IMG/VR virus record: IMGVR_UViG_3300015265_000006
Coordinates: 1-41,630 of that record
Length of the DNA: 41,630 nt
DNA from: a virus
Direction: 5' to 3' (one strand)
Shown here piece after piece: positions 14,340 through 24,565 of this stretch (its first letter is position 1; each line of letters opens with the position of its first letter). The translations under genes and the position numbers were made by a program. Under the pieces are notes generated by a model. That model was not told the origin of the DNA. It made no database searches and worked only from the letters and a program-made list of their open reading frames with translations.

Positions 14340-16058
14340 TCACTGGCCGTTGATCAGCTGAGGCGCCAGTAGCGGGAGTACCTTGTTGGCCTTCTCCGCG
14401 CCGATGGATAACAGACCCGCCCCCTGACTTGGCTGTCGTAACAGCATGCTTTTCATCGCATTACTGTTCAGGGCTGCATTTGCCCCTCTGCCAGCCGCCA
14501 TAGCGCCGCCGAACAGAAGCGGTGACACAAATCCAGATCCAGCACCAGCTGCACCAAGACCTCCCAACATGATTCGCTGCATGGCTCCGTGCGGACTTTC
14601 GCGAGACTTTAGGAACTGCGCGCTGATATCAGCCAAGTCTTGAAGATCCGGGTTCCCGATGTTCTTCATGTTCGCAAGTCGTGCGATTGAGATGTCCCCG
14701 TCAGCACCGTTCTGCGCCATTTTCTTCAGGTCGAGCATGGTTCCGTATTGCTGGCGAACCTTGGCGAAGGACGCAGCCTCTTCAGGGCTGAGCGAGCGGT
14801 TCAAGGCGCCCATCAATGACTTGCGCAGATCACTGGCGTAGTAGGCTTCCGGGCTGTTGCGCTGGCCGATCCGGTCGAGCGTTTTCTTGATGTTGTAGGC
14901 CGCTTGCCCATCGATTTCGCCGTTCTGCGCTTTCCCGAGGATTTCCTCGATCTGCTTTTGAATGATGCTCGCCTGCCCGGTCTCAAGCTCACTCGTGGCG
15001 CGCTGTCCTTGTTCGACCAGATCATTCAGAAATTGATCATCGACCTTGACCTTGTTGTTCTGCAGAACAGTGTCGAACTTCCCGCCAAGATCGCCTTGAG
15101 CCTTGCGCAGCGCCATGGTGACGTTGTCCGAGTCTTGCCCGAACGTTTTTGAAACTGCGCGGTTGAGCTGGTTCTGCATTTTTTCGAGCGTGGCTGTGCG
15201 CCCACTCAAGGGCATGTACTCCAACGAAGCGGCCAGTGCGTTCAGCGGCTTGCTGTTGACCATGCGATCCGCGGGAACTTGAATGCCCAGGCTGCCAGCT
15301 TTTTGGGCTAGCGACGCAACTTCAGGGCTTACTTCTCCGCCTCGGATAGCTCGGCCAAGTCCTGCGGCTGCGTTTCCGCCAAGCGCCATTGCCCCGGGTA
15401 CAGCGCCGCCAACCATTGCACCAACACCAGCATCTTCAGGGTTGACCAAGCCGGCAGATGCTCCGCCAGTGATAGCGCCGCCAGCAGCACGAGTTGCAAG
15501 ACCTCCTAGACCCTGCATGCCGCCCGCACGGAAGCCGCCAGAGCCGATAGATTCGATAAGAGGCGCAATGTTCGCGGCGCCGGGTAGCATCGCGGCGCCC
15601 TTAGCAATCAGGCCACCCGCACCAGCAGTTCCGGCAATCTCCGCGCCCAGCTTGCCACCCTTGAACGCCATCGAATCAGGCTGAGCACCAAGATCCTGAA
15701 GCGCCCAATCCATATCGGAGCGGCGCTGGCGGTTGGAGTCTAGCGAGAGGCCTTTACCTGCGCGCAGATCCTGCACGATGTCGTAGGGCGCTACCAGAGT
15801 GGCGCCAATGCTGCCAGCGCCGCGCACCGCACCGCCAAGGAGGTTCCCGGCATCCTGCATCAGTTCCTTGCCGGCGTTCGACGGTAGGCGCGTCAGCAGG
15901 TTGCCGAAGCGCCCGGCCTGCGGAGCGGGAGCGGTCGGCGCGGCCTCAACTGGATCAAGTGCAGCCGCTGCCTGAGCGGGAGCGTCGTCCCAAGTGATAC
16001 CAGCAGGATCAATCTGCGGCGCGTCATCCCACTGAATCGAGCTTGGATCAATTGCCAT
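14340..16058 (-). CDS. Virion structural protein (Gly/Ala-rich; internal or tail)
   Basis: ORF track, 572 aa, within the structural block. Confidence 0.6.
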   Translation of the reverse strand: MAIDPSSIQWDDAPQIDPAGITWDDAPAQAAAALDPVEAAPTAPAPQAGRFGNLLTRLPSNAGKELMQDAGNLLGGAVRGAGSIGATLVAPYDIVQDLRAGKGLSLDSNRQRRSDMDWALQDLGAQPDSMAFKGGKLGAEIAGTAGAGGLIAKGAAMLPGAANIAPLIESIGSGGFRAGGMQGLGGLATRAAGGAITGGASAGLVNPEDAGVGAMVGGAVPGAMALGGNAAAGLGRAIRGGEVSPEVASLAQKAGSLGIQVPADRMVNSKPLNALAASLEYMPLSGRTATLEKMQNQLNRAVSKTFGQDSDNVTMALRKAQGDLGGKFDTVLQNNKVKVDDQFLNDLVEQGQRATSELETGQASIIQKQIEEILGKAQNGEIDGQAAYNIKKTLDRIGQRNSPEAYYASDLRKSLMGALNRSLSPEEAASFAKVRQQYGTMLDLKKMAQNGADGDISIARLANMKNIGNPDLQDLADISAQFLKSRESPHGAMQRIMLGGLGAAGAGSGFVSPLLFGGAMAAGRGANAALNSNAMKSMLLRQPSQGAGLLSIGAEKANKVLPLLAPQLINGQ

Positions 16059-17265
16059 ACTCGATTCTCCCGTCTGAATACTGGATTACCTTGCGGCCAG
16101 TGGCGTCCTTACCGGTGCGTACAATCGTGGCTTTGCCGGCCGGCTGAGCGGCCTGCTGCGGCTGAGATGGCGCACCACCACCGACATAGCGCTTGTTCAT
16201 CTCCTCTACAGCATCAAGAGCAGCCATTCTCTCAGCAATAGGAAGGGTTGAGTCTCCAACGCGCCCTGCCATCATCTCGTAATTTCTTCTATCCGCATCC
16301 GATTGCGGCCCTTCCATTCTCGGCATAAGCATCATCATGTTTCCGCCGAGCGCGCTCAGTTTGGCGGCCGCTTGGGCTTCTGGAGTAGTGCGGCCAAAGA
16401 ACCGATTTACCTCATCGCGCTTCGTTCCAAGACCGCTCGCGGTAGCCCCAGGAAGAATCTGGCGAGCCTGATTGATGAGGTCTCCAAGCTTTCCAGCGTT
16501 GTTCTGATTCTTTACGGTCGCCTCTGCCAATGGCCCTGATTGAACGGTGCCCCCGCCCTGAATCTGCGCTGGACGGGCCTCCCCTGTCCCCTTGTCGACA
16601 AGATAACTTTGGCCGTCAGCACCCTGCACGATCTGAACACGCGCCGCCTCTTTGTTGATGTTGTTCGCGTCGTTCATGATGTTGTTCTGCTGACGCTGAT
16701 TGGCGATGCTTGCCCAGCCGCGTGAGTTAGCTGCCTGCTCGCCCGGAGACATGCTCATAGTGAAGCTCTCGCCAGCTTTTGGGATGGCGAACTGCTTGGC
16801 GCCGCCAGTATCGACCAGCTGCGGCGCGACGTAGGAATCAATGGCATTGCCTACCGGACGCCCATACTCGTCGTACTGCATGGTCTGCTTGCCGCCGTCA
16901 GCGCTAGGAATGTCGACGGTGCGGGCTACCTTGGCCATAGAGGCCATGGGCAACTGCGAGAGAGTCATCATGTCCTTGGCAGGCAAGCCAAGCGCGGCAC
17001 CGCGTTTAAAGTCGAATTTAGTGTTGCCGGCCTCGTCCGTGGAATACAGGCTCGGAAGCTGCTCCATTTGTTGCTGCTTCATCTGAAAAGCTTGATTCTT
17101 CAAGGCGTTAGACCCGGCAGCGGAGTACCCAGCAAGCCCCGATAACCCTGCAGCGCCAAGCGTATTCATCGGGCCACCACGACCAGCCGTAGCAAGGCCG
17201 CCAAACGCAGCGGCCAAGAGGCCCTGCCCTGCCGGAGACTTTACGAAATCAAGAAGTCCGTCCAT
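16048..17265 (-). CDS. Virion structural protein
   Basis: ORF 16048..17343. ATG 17265 (MDGLLDFVKSPAG) lies 1 nt after the upstream stop. Confidence 0.6.
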   Translation of the reverse strand: MDGLLDFVKSPAGQGLLAAAFGGLATAGRGGPMNTLGAAGLSGLAGYSAAGSNALKNQAFQMKQQQMEQLPSLYSTDEAGNTKFDFKRGAALGLPAKDMMTLSQLPMASMAKVARTVDIPSADGGKQTMQYDEYGRPVGNAIDSYVAPQLVDTGGAKQFAIPKAGESFTMSMSPGEQAANSRGWASIANQRQQNNIMNDANNINKEAARVQIVQGADGQSYLVDKGTGEARPAQIQGGGTVQSGPLAEATVKNQNNAGKLGDLINQARQILPGATASGLGTKRDEVNRFFGRTTPEAQAAAKLSALGGNMMMLMPRMEGPQSDADRRNYEMMAGRVGDSTLPIAERMAALDAVEEMNKRYVGGGAPSQPQQAAQPAGKATIVRTGKDATGRKVIQYSDGRIEYGN

Positions 17266-17266
17266 A

Positions 17267-17833
17267 TCAACCCCACAGAGTTCGGTGCTGGGCCTGCATC
17301 TGTTGCCTACGAGCCAACAGAGGATCTTGGGAGCCTTGCGCAAGCTGCGCCAAGGTTTGCGAACCGCTTGCGCTCAAGGGTTGCATTTGAGGCGCCTGTT
17401 GCTGACCTTGGCCACCGCCTAAAAGGCTTGCCGCCGTCATGCCGGTTGATGCTGCGTCCATGAATGGTTTGGCAGAACTGGCAAACTGCCCTGCCTGCTG
17501 GCCGAGCGTACCAAGCAGTCCAGCAGATGGAGCCGCGGAAGCTCCGCCGGCAATCGTGGCAGATCCCGCAGTGCCAGAAGCCAACGACTGGCCAAGGCCA
17601 AATCCGACGCCACTACCAGCGCCTCCAGCGCCCGCTGCTCCTGCTCCTGCGGCACCTGCACCAGCCGCTCCAGCGCCTCCGGCAGCAGCTCCACCAGCCA
17701 AAGCAGCGCCGCCCAGCAGGCCGCCACCAGCACCCATCGCACCGCCCATCATCGCCCCTTTCAAAGGCTTGTCCTTGTTCGACATCGCGCCAGCAATAGC
17801 GCCAATTGCGATTGGAATCAGTAATGGGAGCAT
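17267..17833 (-). CDS. Gly/Ala-rich small virion protein with N-terminal hydrophobic segment
   Basis: ORF track, 188 aa. Starts MLPLLIPIAIGAIAGA and contains (GAGAAG)n low complexity. Confidence 0.55.
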   Translation of the reverse strand: MLPLLIPIAIGAIAGAMSNKDKPLKGAMMGGAMGAGGGLLGGAALAGGAAAGGAGAAGAGAAGAGAAGAGGAGSGVGFGLGQSLASGTAGSATIAGGASAAPSAGLLGTLGQQAGQFASSAKPFMDAASTGMTAASLLGGGQGQQQAPQMQPLSASGSQTLAQLAQGSQDPLLARRQQMQAQHRTLWG

Positions 17834-18711
17834 TATTTGCCGCCTCCTGAAGACTTCGTAGACGATGATTGGCCAAGGCCAGAATCAAAAACGCCGGACA
17901 TGGCGGCAAGTTGCTTGTATGGGAGGTTTTGCTGATCCAGATAGCTCTGGTAGTTCGTATCAAGCTTCTGCTGTTCGTTGTCTTGCCATTGAGTGCCGAG
18001 TTTCAGGAACTGCCCAGCATCCGTATAGGCCTGGTTGCCGTAGGTTGGAGCAAGGTTCATGTACTGTGATTTCAGGTTGTCGTTCCGGCTCGCATAGTTT
18101 TCTGCGAGCTGTTGCTGCGCCGTGTAGTCCTGCATGCGCATGCCGGCCGCAGTGTTGCCAAGGTTCTTGGCCAGGTCATTCATGGCGTTCTGGGTCGTCG
18201 CTTGAGCGCCCGTGTTCCCGAACGAGCCAGAGCTGACCATCTGGCCCGTGAGGCCTGGAGCTACGGCGTTGTTGTAGTTGCGCGTAATATCGCCGAGCGC
18301 GGCGTCGATATTCTGTTGCAAGTACGGATTGGCGCCTGCGTACCCGTTTTTTGTAGCCGCATTACCGGTTTCCAAGCCATTTTGCATCGTGCTTTTAGCC
18401 TGATTCATCAGCGAATCGCCACTGAATGCCCGGTTGGCAATCATGTTCGCGCCTTGATCTTGGGCCCAGTTCATGTCGGCAACCTGCTGGCCGCCATAGG
18501 GCTGATACCCCTGATTGGACAAATCCATGGCCTTGTTGGCGTACGCGGACGCCAGTGGCTTCAACTCGGTAGGAATGGTCTGGGTCGTCGTGCTAGATCC
18601 ACCACCGCCCTTGCGAGGCTTCAGACGCCCACCCATATGATCGGGTAGCGAGCCAATGGCAGGGCCGCCGAACTCAGCGCTAAGCTGATCATTCAAGGCA
18701 TCGATATTCAC
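17833..18711 (-). CDS. Virion structural protein (Gln/Asn-rich)
   Basis: ORF track, 292 aa. GTG start overlapping the upstream stop. Confidence 0.6.
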   Translation of the reverse strand: MNIDALNDQLSAEFGGPAIGSLPDHMGGRLKPRKGGGGSSTTTQTIPTELKPLASAYANKAMDLSNQGYQPYGGQQVADMNWAQDQGANMIANRAFSGDSLMNQAKSTMQNGLETGNAATKNGYAGANPYLQQNIDAALGDITRNYNNAVAPGLTGQMVSSGSFGNTGAQATTQNAMNDLAKNLGNTAAGMRMQDYTAQQQLAENYASRNDNLKSQYMNLAPTYGNQAYTDAGQFLKLGTQWQDNEQQKLDTNYQSYLDQQNLPYKQLAAMSGVFDSGLGQSSSTKSSGGGK

Positions 18712-19118
18712 AGTTCAACCTCCAAGACTTGGTAGACGGGTGCAAATCCGCACCGCTGGCGATAGAGGCGCTCTTGCGCAGGCTTTGCCGCGCAGCGAAG
18801 TCTCAGGCAGCCGAATGCATGCGCCATGGCTTTTATTTCGTCGAAGAACTCTTCGAAGTGACCGTGCGGGGCATACATCTCGTAGACGTACAACACGCGG
18901 AAATTAGGGAGCTGCTCTACGCCAACGACGCCCCATCCGGAGATGACGTCGTCTCGATCTAGTCGAACCAGCGTGCGCTCGCCGCGACTGAGCATCATCT
19001 TCAATTGATCGCCTGTGATCTCGCCGCCGGATGTCGCGCAGGCCAGCCCGAGCTTGTCGGCGCCTTCCTTCCAGGCCACATCGATGTGCGTTGTGGGTAC
19101 CACAATGACTTTATTCAT
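18708..19118 (-). CDS. Hypothetical protein in the virion module
   Basis: ORF 18708..19184. ATG 19118 (MNKVIVVPTT) overlaps the upstream TGA by 1 nt. Confidence 0.5.
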   Translation of the reverse strand: MNKVIVVPTTHIDVAWKEGADKLGLACATSGGEITGDQLKMMLSRGERTLVRLDRDDVISGWGVVGVEQLPNFRVLYVYEMYAPHGHFEEFFDEIKAMAHAFGCLRLRCAAKPAQERLYRQRCGFAPVYQVLEVEL

Positions 19119-19411
19119 CAGTTCCCCGTCAGGAAGCGTTTTTGCACCCAGGTTCCAGGCGTTCCGGAGGCAACACAGACCCACCCCTCGATCACGTACT
19201 TGGAGCCGGCAGTGCCAAGCTCTGTAGGCGTGGAATTTTTCACCGAGTCGCCTTGCATGTTCGTGCCACTCGTTGGTACTGATGTGAGCGCGGTATATGA
19301 ACCAGCAATCCGCCCTTCTGAAATCAGGTTGATCTGTACCGCGTGCTCGCGCAGCTCTCGCTGCAATACCGGGTCATTTGTTCCAACCCTTGGCGTGGTA
19401 TTGGCTTTCAC
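19118..19411 (-). CDS. Small structural protein (fibre-tip-like C-terminus)
   Basis: ORF 19118..19498. GTG 19411 lies 9 nt after GGAG and just after the upstream stop at 19414. C-terminus GWVCVASGTPGTW. Confidence 0.45.
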   Translation of the reverse strand: MKANTTPRVGTNDPVLQRELREHAVQINLISEGRIAGSYTALTSVPTSGTNMQGDSVKNSTPTELGTAGSKYVIEGWVCVASGTPGTWVQKRFLTGN

Positions 19412-19413
19412 GG

Positions 19414-20859
19414 TCAACGTCTCCCGGAGGCGGATAAGCTGGCGTCCATGTGGGTGATTCGGACAGGCCCGACGAAGCTGAACGTCGCCTTGTGCCACCG
19501 CGCGGTCTGACGCAAGTCAAACTTTCCATCGAGTACTGAGCCAGTGGCACCAGCGGTGAAACCGACACCGGAATTCATCTGAATGAAGGTCTGCACGGAA
19601 GAAGACGTAGGAGCCAATGCATAGCGCAGGCGGATTTTGTTCAGCGAGGAAACGCCATCGTCATCACCCACCTCTCCGGTGGTCATGGAGCTGGACAGCG
19701 AGGCGCCCGTCATCGACTGAAGCTGGTGCGACGTGTTGAAGATCGACATCGACTTGCCACCGGTTAGCCAGAACTGCGAGTCAAATGAATATGAGGCCAG
19801 ACCATCTATGGTCGCGGAAATAGACGGCAACCCGTCGATTGTCACGCCATTGGAGATGTAGTTGAGCGCAGCCTCAATGCTGCGGTTGGCTACCCCCCAC
19901 TTCTTGGCCGTGACGTGGTAGACCAAGGCCGAATCGGGAGTGGTAGAACTCAGCGACGGGTAAAACACCCAAACCAGATTCTTCTGCCGATCAAAGACGC
20001 AAATGGTCTTGTACCGATAAGACGGGTTGGAGCGATCGAAGAAGAACTGACGAACAAACCCATCCGCCACCGGAACCGGGCGCGTGCCGTCAAAAATCCA
20101 TAGATTGTCATCACCAACGAAGAAGTGGGCGCCGCCGATATCGCAGATCGCCTCTTTGCCAATGCAGCCCGCCTCACCGCCTGGAACCTGAATCCAGTTC
20201 CATACAGTGGGCGCGCCGACATATTGGCCAAGGTAGATTGACTTCGTTTTGTAGGCGATGGCGTACTCGCCAAGCCGCATGCCTGCCGTGAGCTTTCCAG
20301 AAGTCGCAACAAGGCGCCCTGACGTAGCCTGAGTGGCGAGACTTGGCGTCCAAGACGTGTCATCGAACGCGGCGCAGCAATGCCAGCCATCCGGCTTTTC
20401 AGACCCGTCATTGGTGTTCAATGCCATGACGAACGCGCCAACACTAAACAGAATCTCTGCTTTCGGCGCAGTGGCCACATCAGCAAAAGCCGCGCCGGTT
20501 GAGCGCTGAATCACATCAGCCCGGTTCGCGCACAGAGTCGCGTCGCCGAACTGAGTGATAGACCACCGGGTATCAACGCCGCCGTTGTAGGCTGCAGCCC
20601 GGCCGATATCTACCCAGGAACCCGCCGACAGCTCGTAAAGCTTTGTGGTGGTTCCAGCGATGATGCGGCGCGTATCGTCCAGCTTTGTGACGACGGCAGC
20701 ACCAATACAGGCAGCGGCAAGCGCAGGCGTAGCAGCAGGCGTCACAGGATCTGGCGCACCCTCCATGCCATTCAGGTACGGGATCAGGTTGACGCAATCA
20801 GTCAACAGGCCCGGCGTGGTCACGTCGGCATCTGGCGCGAAGCCTACGAGAGGGATCAT
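19414..20859 (-). CDS. Virion/tail structural protein
   Basis: ORF track, 481 aa, within the structural block. Confidence 0.6.
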   Translation of the reverse strand: MIPLVGFAPDADVTTPGLLTDCVNLIPYLNGMEGAPDPVTPAATPALAAACIGAAVVTKLDDTRRIIAGTTTKLYELSAGSWVDIGRAAAYNGGVDTRWSITQFGDATLCANRADVIQRSTGAAFADVATAPKAEILFSVGAFVMALNTNDGSEKPDGWHCCAAFDDTSWTPSLATQATSGRLVATSGKLTAGMRLGEYAIAYKTKSIYLGQYVGAPTVWNWIQVPGGEAGCIGKEAICDIGGAHFFVGDDNLWIFDGTRPVPVADGFVRQFFFDRSNPSYRYKTICVFDRQKNLVWVFYPSLSSTTPDSALVYHVTAKKWGVANRSIEAALNYISNGVTIDGLPSISATIDGLASYSFDSQFWLTGGKSMSIFNTSHQLQSMTGASLSSSMTTGEVGDDDGVSSLNKIRLRYALAPTSSSVQTFIQMNSGVGFTAGATGSVLDGKFDLRQTARWHKATFSFVGPVRITHMDASLSASGRR

Positions 20860-21461
20860 CTGGCGCGAACCTTCATAGTCGAACCGCTGTACCAGTCAAC
20901 CCCGTTGATGCTTTCAATAGCCGCCGAATAAAGCTGGCCCCAGACCTGCAGGCGCTCATCGTTCATGATGAATGGAGTGGCGGCCAGCAAAGAGGCATAC
21001 AGGTAGGCATTAGGCCAACTGGTCAAAAGCCAGTTGGTGGTGTTCGCATCAGAAAGTGCCGGAATCCTCTGCTGATAGGTCAGCTCCAGCGAATACACCG
21101 CATCAGGGATTGGTGCCAGCTCAACATTCGAGCCTACGACCGTAAAGACAACGGGCTGCCCCGATCCGTTTGCTGCATAGTCGATACTCAGCTCGTCCGG
21201 AGAACGGTAGGACAGCGGCTGGTTGTAGGTGCCAGCAACTTGCAGGCGGCGCATCTCCAACATGTCAGACGGCAGCGCGACGGTCTTTGTACCGGCAACC
21301 GTTGAGAGCGTCACCTTGGCCTCCATGGCGCGAGTCTTGAGGTCAGTGCTGAGCTGCGCCTCGGCCAAAGTGATGAAGTCGGGGATATTGACCGTCAGGT
21401 CACTACGGTTCAGCCACGATGCTACCGACGCTTGTAGCTCCGAGTAGTTGGTGATGCTCAT
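20856..21461 (-). CDS. Head-tail connector/adaptor-like protein
   Basis: ORF 20856..21476. ATG 21461 (MSITNYSELQASVASWLNR) overlaps the upstream stop as ATGA. Confidence 0.55.
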   Translation of the reverse strand: MSITNYSELQASVASWLNRSDLTVNIPDFITLAEAQLSTDLKTRAMEAKVTLSTVAGTKTVALPSDMLEMRRLQVAGTYNQPLSYRSPDELSIDYAANGSGQPVVFTVVGSNVELAPIPDAVYSLELTYQQRIPALSDANTTNWLLTSWPNAYLYASLLAATPFIMNDERLQVWGQLYSAAIESINGVDWYSGSTMKVRAR

Positions 21462-21745
21462 ACTTTGCCCTTCCATACCCGAAATGCAGACAGGTCAGGG
21501 TCGTTCAGCATCCGGCGCATATGCTCCTTGTTGCTGATGCACTCGTGAAAGGTGATCGAATTCTTGTTGCAATAGCCCTCGATAATCACGAACGGAATGC
21601 TGGCCGCGTGTTTCATTTCCGAGCTGCCATGATGACCACCGTTGTGCAGCGCCTTCATGCGCTCCGCAATGGCGGTGCAGTCCTGAGTGCGCTGAACGGT
21701 CATCTTGCCGTCATGGAAATGGAACTTCGTTTCGAGGTCGATCAT
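21458..21745 (-). CDS. Hypothetical protein
   Basis: ORF track, 95 aa. Confidence 0.55.
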   Translation of the reverse strand: MIDLETKFHFHDGKMTVQRTQDCTAIAERMKALHNGGHHGSSEMKHAASIPFVIIEGYCNKNSITFHECISNKEHMRRMLNDPDLSAFRVWKGKV

Positions 21746-22054
21746 TTACATGTTCTCCAGCGGAGAGACTTGCACCACGCCAGCAGCCGTCACTTGCAGC
21801 GCGGCAATCTTCGTCAGGTTGCACACGGCGATGATTACGGCGTCGCCCGGCTGAACCATCATGTCGGTATTGACCGCCGTTACCGTGCCGTTGCCGATGC
21901 GCACATACGCACCCGTGCTGGCCGTGATCCGGATGTAACGAGGCAGCTCGCCGCTCGACATGTTGGGGATGGTTGCGCTGGCAGATGTGCCAGTCGTAGG
22001 AATATTGACGCCTGTGGCCACAACCATGACCGCGCCTTCGAACGTATTGCTCAT
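21746..22054 (-). CDS. Small head-associated protein
   Basis: ORF track, 102 aa. Lies downstream of the capsid genes. Confidence 0.55.
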   Translation of the reverse strand: MSNTFEGAVMVVATGVNIPTTGTSASATIPNMSSGELPRYIRITASTGAYVRIGNGTVTAVNTDMMVQPGDAVIIAVCNLTKIAALQVTAAGVVQVSPLENM

Positions 22055-22096
22055 TGGAGCTTCCTCAAAGGGAGCCGCCCCCGAAGGGGCAGCGGA

Positions 22097-22519
22097 TTAG
22101 GCAGGGTTGAGGGTGATGGTGATGTTGCCAACTGCCGATGTGGCAGTACCGGTCAGGTCGAAGCAGATCGAGTCTCCAGCAGCGAGCAGGAGGTCACTCG
22201 GAGTGGTGGACAGGGTCAGCGCTTGCTGGGCGTTGGCGGTGCCGACGAGGTTGAAGCTGCCGGTGTGCAGAGCGGTTCCAGAAGTGATGGCGGTGCCGCT
22301 CGGCACTTTGCGCATCACGGCCGTACAGGCGCCGCCAGTGCCAGCCACATCAACGCGGCCGCGAACGGCCTTGACGACGTAAGGACGATCAGCAGTGAAC
22401 AGGGTGCAATCGACCGTGGACGCGGTGTAGATCAGGACAACCGGGACAAAACCGCCGTCGCCGCCTGCCGACCCTTCGATGCCCAGCGAGCTATCGCCAA
22501 GCTGTTTGATCTGAGGCAT
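22097..22519 (-). CDS. Head decoration/cement-like protein
   Basis: ORF track, 140 aa. Lies immediately after the capsid gene. A TTCG-tetraloop hairpin follows its stop. Confidence 0.5.
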   Translation of the reverse strand: MPQIKQLGDSSLGIEGSAGGDGGFVPVVLIYTASTVDCTLFTADRPYVVKAVRGRVDVAGTGGACTAVMRKVPSGTAITSGTALHTGSFNLVGTANAQQALTLSTTPSDLLLAAGDSICFDLTGTATSAVGNITITLNPA

Positions 22520-22532
22520 TTGGGTTTCTCCT

Positions 22533-22561
22533 AAAAGAAAAGGGGAGCCGAAGCTCCCCTT
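22533..22561 (-). terminator. Intrinsic terminator/attenuator after the major capsid gene
   Basis: Minus strand reads GGGGAGC-TTCG-GCTCCCC followed by TTTTCTTTT. Confidence 0.7.
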
Positions 22562-22579
22562 GGGTTGTTGCCGTCAGGA

Positions 22580-23503
22580 TCAGGCGACGTCGTAGACTGC
22601 GCCGCTGGCCTTCGGTGCGCGTGCGGTCACAGTCCATTCCACGACCAGCTCGCGCTGCATGGCGTCGCCGGTTTGAGCCAGCTCGATGGTCTGGAACGGA
22701 CGCAGGTAGTCGATAGACCATTTACCGGATTCCAGAACAAACACGTCGTTCGCGTCCTGGAAGCGGGAAGGAATGGCCTTCAGCTCACCGAAGTCCGATA
22801 CATACACGTCGACCGAGGCGTACAGCTTCGAGTCTTCGCTCTTGTCGAAACGAGTCGAGTTACCGGTGAAGGTCGAGAAGGTCTGCTTCGCGGCAGGAGG
22901 CAGCAGGATCGAATCCGGATCGCCACCAGCGGTGAAACACTTCTGCAGCACGTCCTTCAGGCGCGCTTCGGTGAAGGCAATCGCGGTGCCCTTGGTACGG
23001 CCGGTGTTGCCGGTGTACGAAGCCAGAGTGCCGCCGTTGCGGTTCACGTTGTCCACGACCCAGCCCACCAGCCCACGAGATTGACGCGGAGCAGTAGCGG
23101 TGACGTCGAGCTGGGTGGCCGAGCTTTCCATATCGCGGCGCAGTTCCAGCGCAGCCAGGCTCAACTGGTAGGCCAGCTCGTCTTTACGACCTGCCGGGTT
23201 CATCGCCTGTTGAGTGCCGGACACGATCACGGTTTTGGTCGAGATCTGGGTACGGTTGTTCAGGCGAACAGTCGGGGTAACGGTCTTGGCCGAAGCGTTG
23301 TCGCCTTCAACCTGGGCGTTGTTGGTCACGGCAGAGGCCAGATCCTGGGTTTGCCACTCGTGCAGGGTGTTGGTCGCCTTACCCTTGGCTGCCAGCGAGA
23401 TGAACGGTGTGGCAGTCGGGGAAATGCGGTAGATGGTGTCGGTCAGGTCTTCACGGTTGCCGATTGCGGCAGTGGTGAGGAAAGTATTGCTGGGTGCGGC
23501 CAT
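22580..23503 (-). CDS. Major capsid protein (SU10/DUF5309-type)
   Basis: ORF track, 307 aa. IGNREDLTDTIYRISPTATPF...HEWQTQDLA is the signature as I recall it. Lies after the scaffold gene. Confidence 0.8.
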   Translation of the reverse strand: MAAPSNTFLTTAAIGNREDLTDTIYRISPTATPFISLAAKGKATNTLHEWQTQDLASAVTNNAQVEGDNASAKTVTPTVRLNNRTQISTKTVIVSGTQQAMNPAGRKDELAYQLSLAALELRRDMESSATQLDVTATAPRQSRGLVGWVVDNVNRNGGTLASYTGNTGRTKGTAIAFTEARLKDVLQKCFTAGGDPDSILLPPAAKQTFSTFTGNSTRFDKSEDSKLYASVDVYVSDFGELKAIPSRFQDANDVFVLESGKWSIDYLRPFQTIELAQTGDAMQRELVVEWTVTARAPKASGAVYDVA

Positions 23504-23518
23504 GATTGTGCTCCGAAA

Positions 23519-24505
23519 TTAAAGGAATTGAGCGAATACGGCGGCGGCAGATTCAACGGTGCCGTTCTTGGCATGGTTCTTCGCGGCGGTCGTGCGACCG
23601 TCTGCGTTTCCGTTGGAGGTGACGCCGGGCTTGACCACTCGCTGCGGGGCTTCTTGAACCTTCTTGGCTTGCACATTGGCTTTGGCCATCAGTTGGTCGT
23701 AAAGCATCGCTTTGCGGGCCACGAGAACGTGGCGGTGGTCGGCAATGGACGAAATGTCCTCAGCCTCGAAACCCTGCTCTTGCAGGAACTTCGAGATAGC
23801 GGCTTTTTCGGCTGCGGCCTTTGCATCGTCTTTCCAGTCCGGGAGCTTGGCGAGGAGGTCTTCCTGCTGCTTGGCCAGATAACTTTGGTGGGCTTGTGCC
23901 TGTTCGTTCTGGAACTGCTGCGCGAGTTTTTGTTGTTCCTGCATGTTTTGCTGATACAGCGCTTGTCTCTGTTGAAAGAGTTGCTGCTGCTTCAGGTACT
24001 CCATCGGATCGGACTCAAGCAGAGCTTGCCAGTCGATTTGACCCTGTTGTTCCAACACGCCTTCGAGCTGTACGGCCATGCGCTGGAGTTCGCCGGCATA
24101 TTGCTGGCGCTCCTGCTGTGCCGTCTGCATCACGGCGTCTGCTTCTTTGCGTTGTTGCGCGGCTTCCATCGTCTTCTTGGTGTAGTCAGACTGACGTTGG
24201 TAGCCATTCTTCAGCTCGTCGAGCGATACCTCGACCTCCTTGCCGTCGATCTTGACGGTGAAGGTCTGCGGCTCGTCCTCTTGCTCGCTGGATTCTTCTT
24301 CCTGCTCCTGCTCGGCCTCGACTTCAGGCTCGTCAGGCAGCTCTTTGTGTTCTTCGGAGCCGTGCTCCTGCTCTTCCGCAGCAGGCGGATCAAGCAACGC
24401 AGCGAACGCCGCCGCGCCGCCGTCAACGGTCAGTGCACCGCCGCCATCGCCGACGGATTCGTTCATGAGTACGTGGCCCAGCATGCGGTTAATAAACAAG
24501 CTCAT
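23519..24505 (-). CDS. Scaffolding protein
   Basis: ORF track, 328 aa. Acidic, Gln-rich coiled coil between the portal and capsid genes. Confidence 0.65.
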   Translation of the reverse strand: MSLFINRMLGHVLMNESVGDGGGALTVDGGAAAFAALLDPPAAEEQEHGSEEHKELPDEPEVEAEQEQEEESSEQEDEPQTFTVKIDGKEVEVSLDELKNGYQRQSDYTKKTMEAAQQRKEADAVMQTAQQERQQYAGELQRMAVQLEGVLEQQGQIDWQALLESDPMEYLKQQQLFQQRQALYQQNMQEQQKLAQQFQNEQAQAHQSYLAKQQEDLLAKLPDWKDDAKAAAEKAAISKFLQEQGFEAEDISSIADHRHVLVARKAMLYDQLMAKANVQAKKVQEAPQRVVKPGVTSNGNADGRTTAAKNHAKNGTVESAAAVFAQFL

Positions 24506-24565
24506 TGATTGTCCCCTATGGGATTCAGTTGCGAATGATTACGGACTGGCCCGTGAGGAACGCTT

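Noticed and set aside
21521-22534. 337-aa plus-strand ORF
   Set aside because: It is antisense to four well-packed head genes and is Arg/Gly/Ala-rich. It has no start context.
22565-24508. 647-aa ORF on the plus strand, the longest single ORF after the portal
   Set aside because: It is exactly antisense to the capsid and scaffold genes and is Leu/Arg/Gly/Val-rich low complexity. It has no SD or recognisable domain. This is the expected codon-phase artefact of GC3-rich genes, where the reverse complements of stop codons are rare codons.
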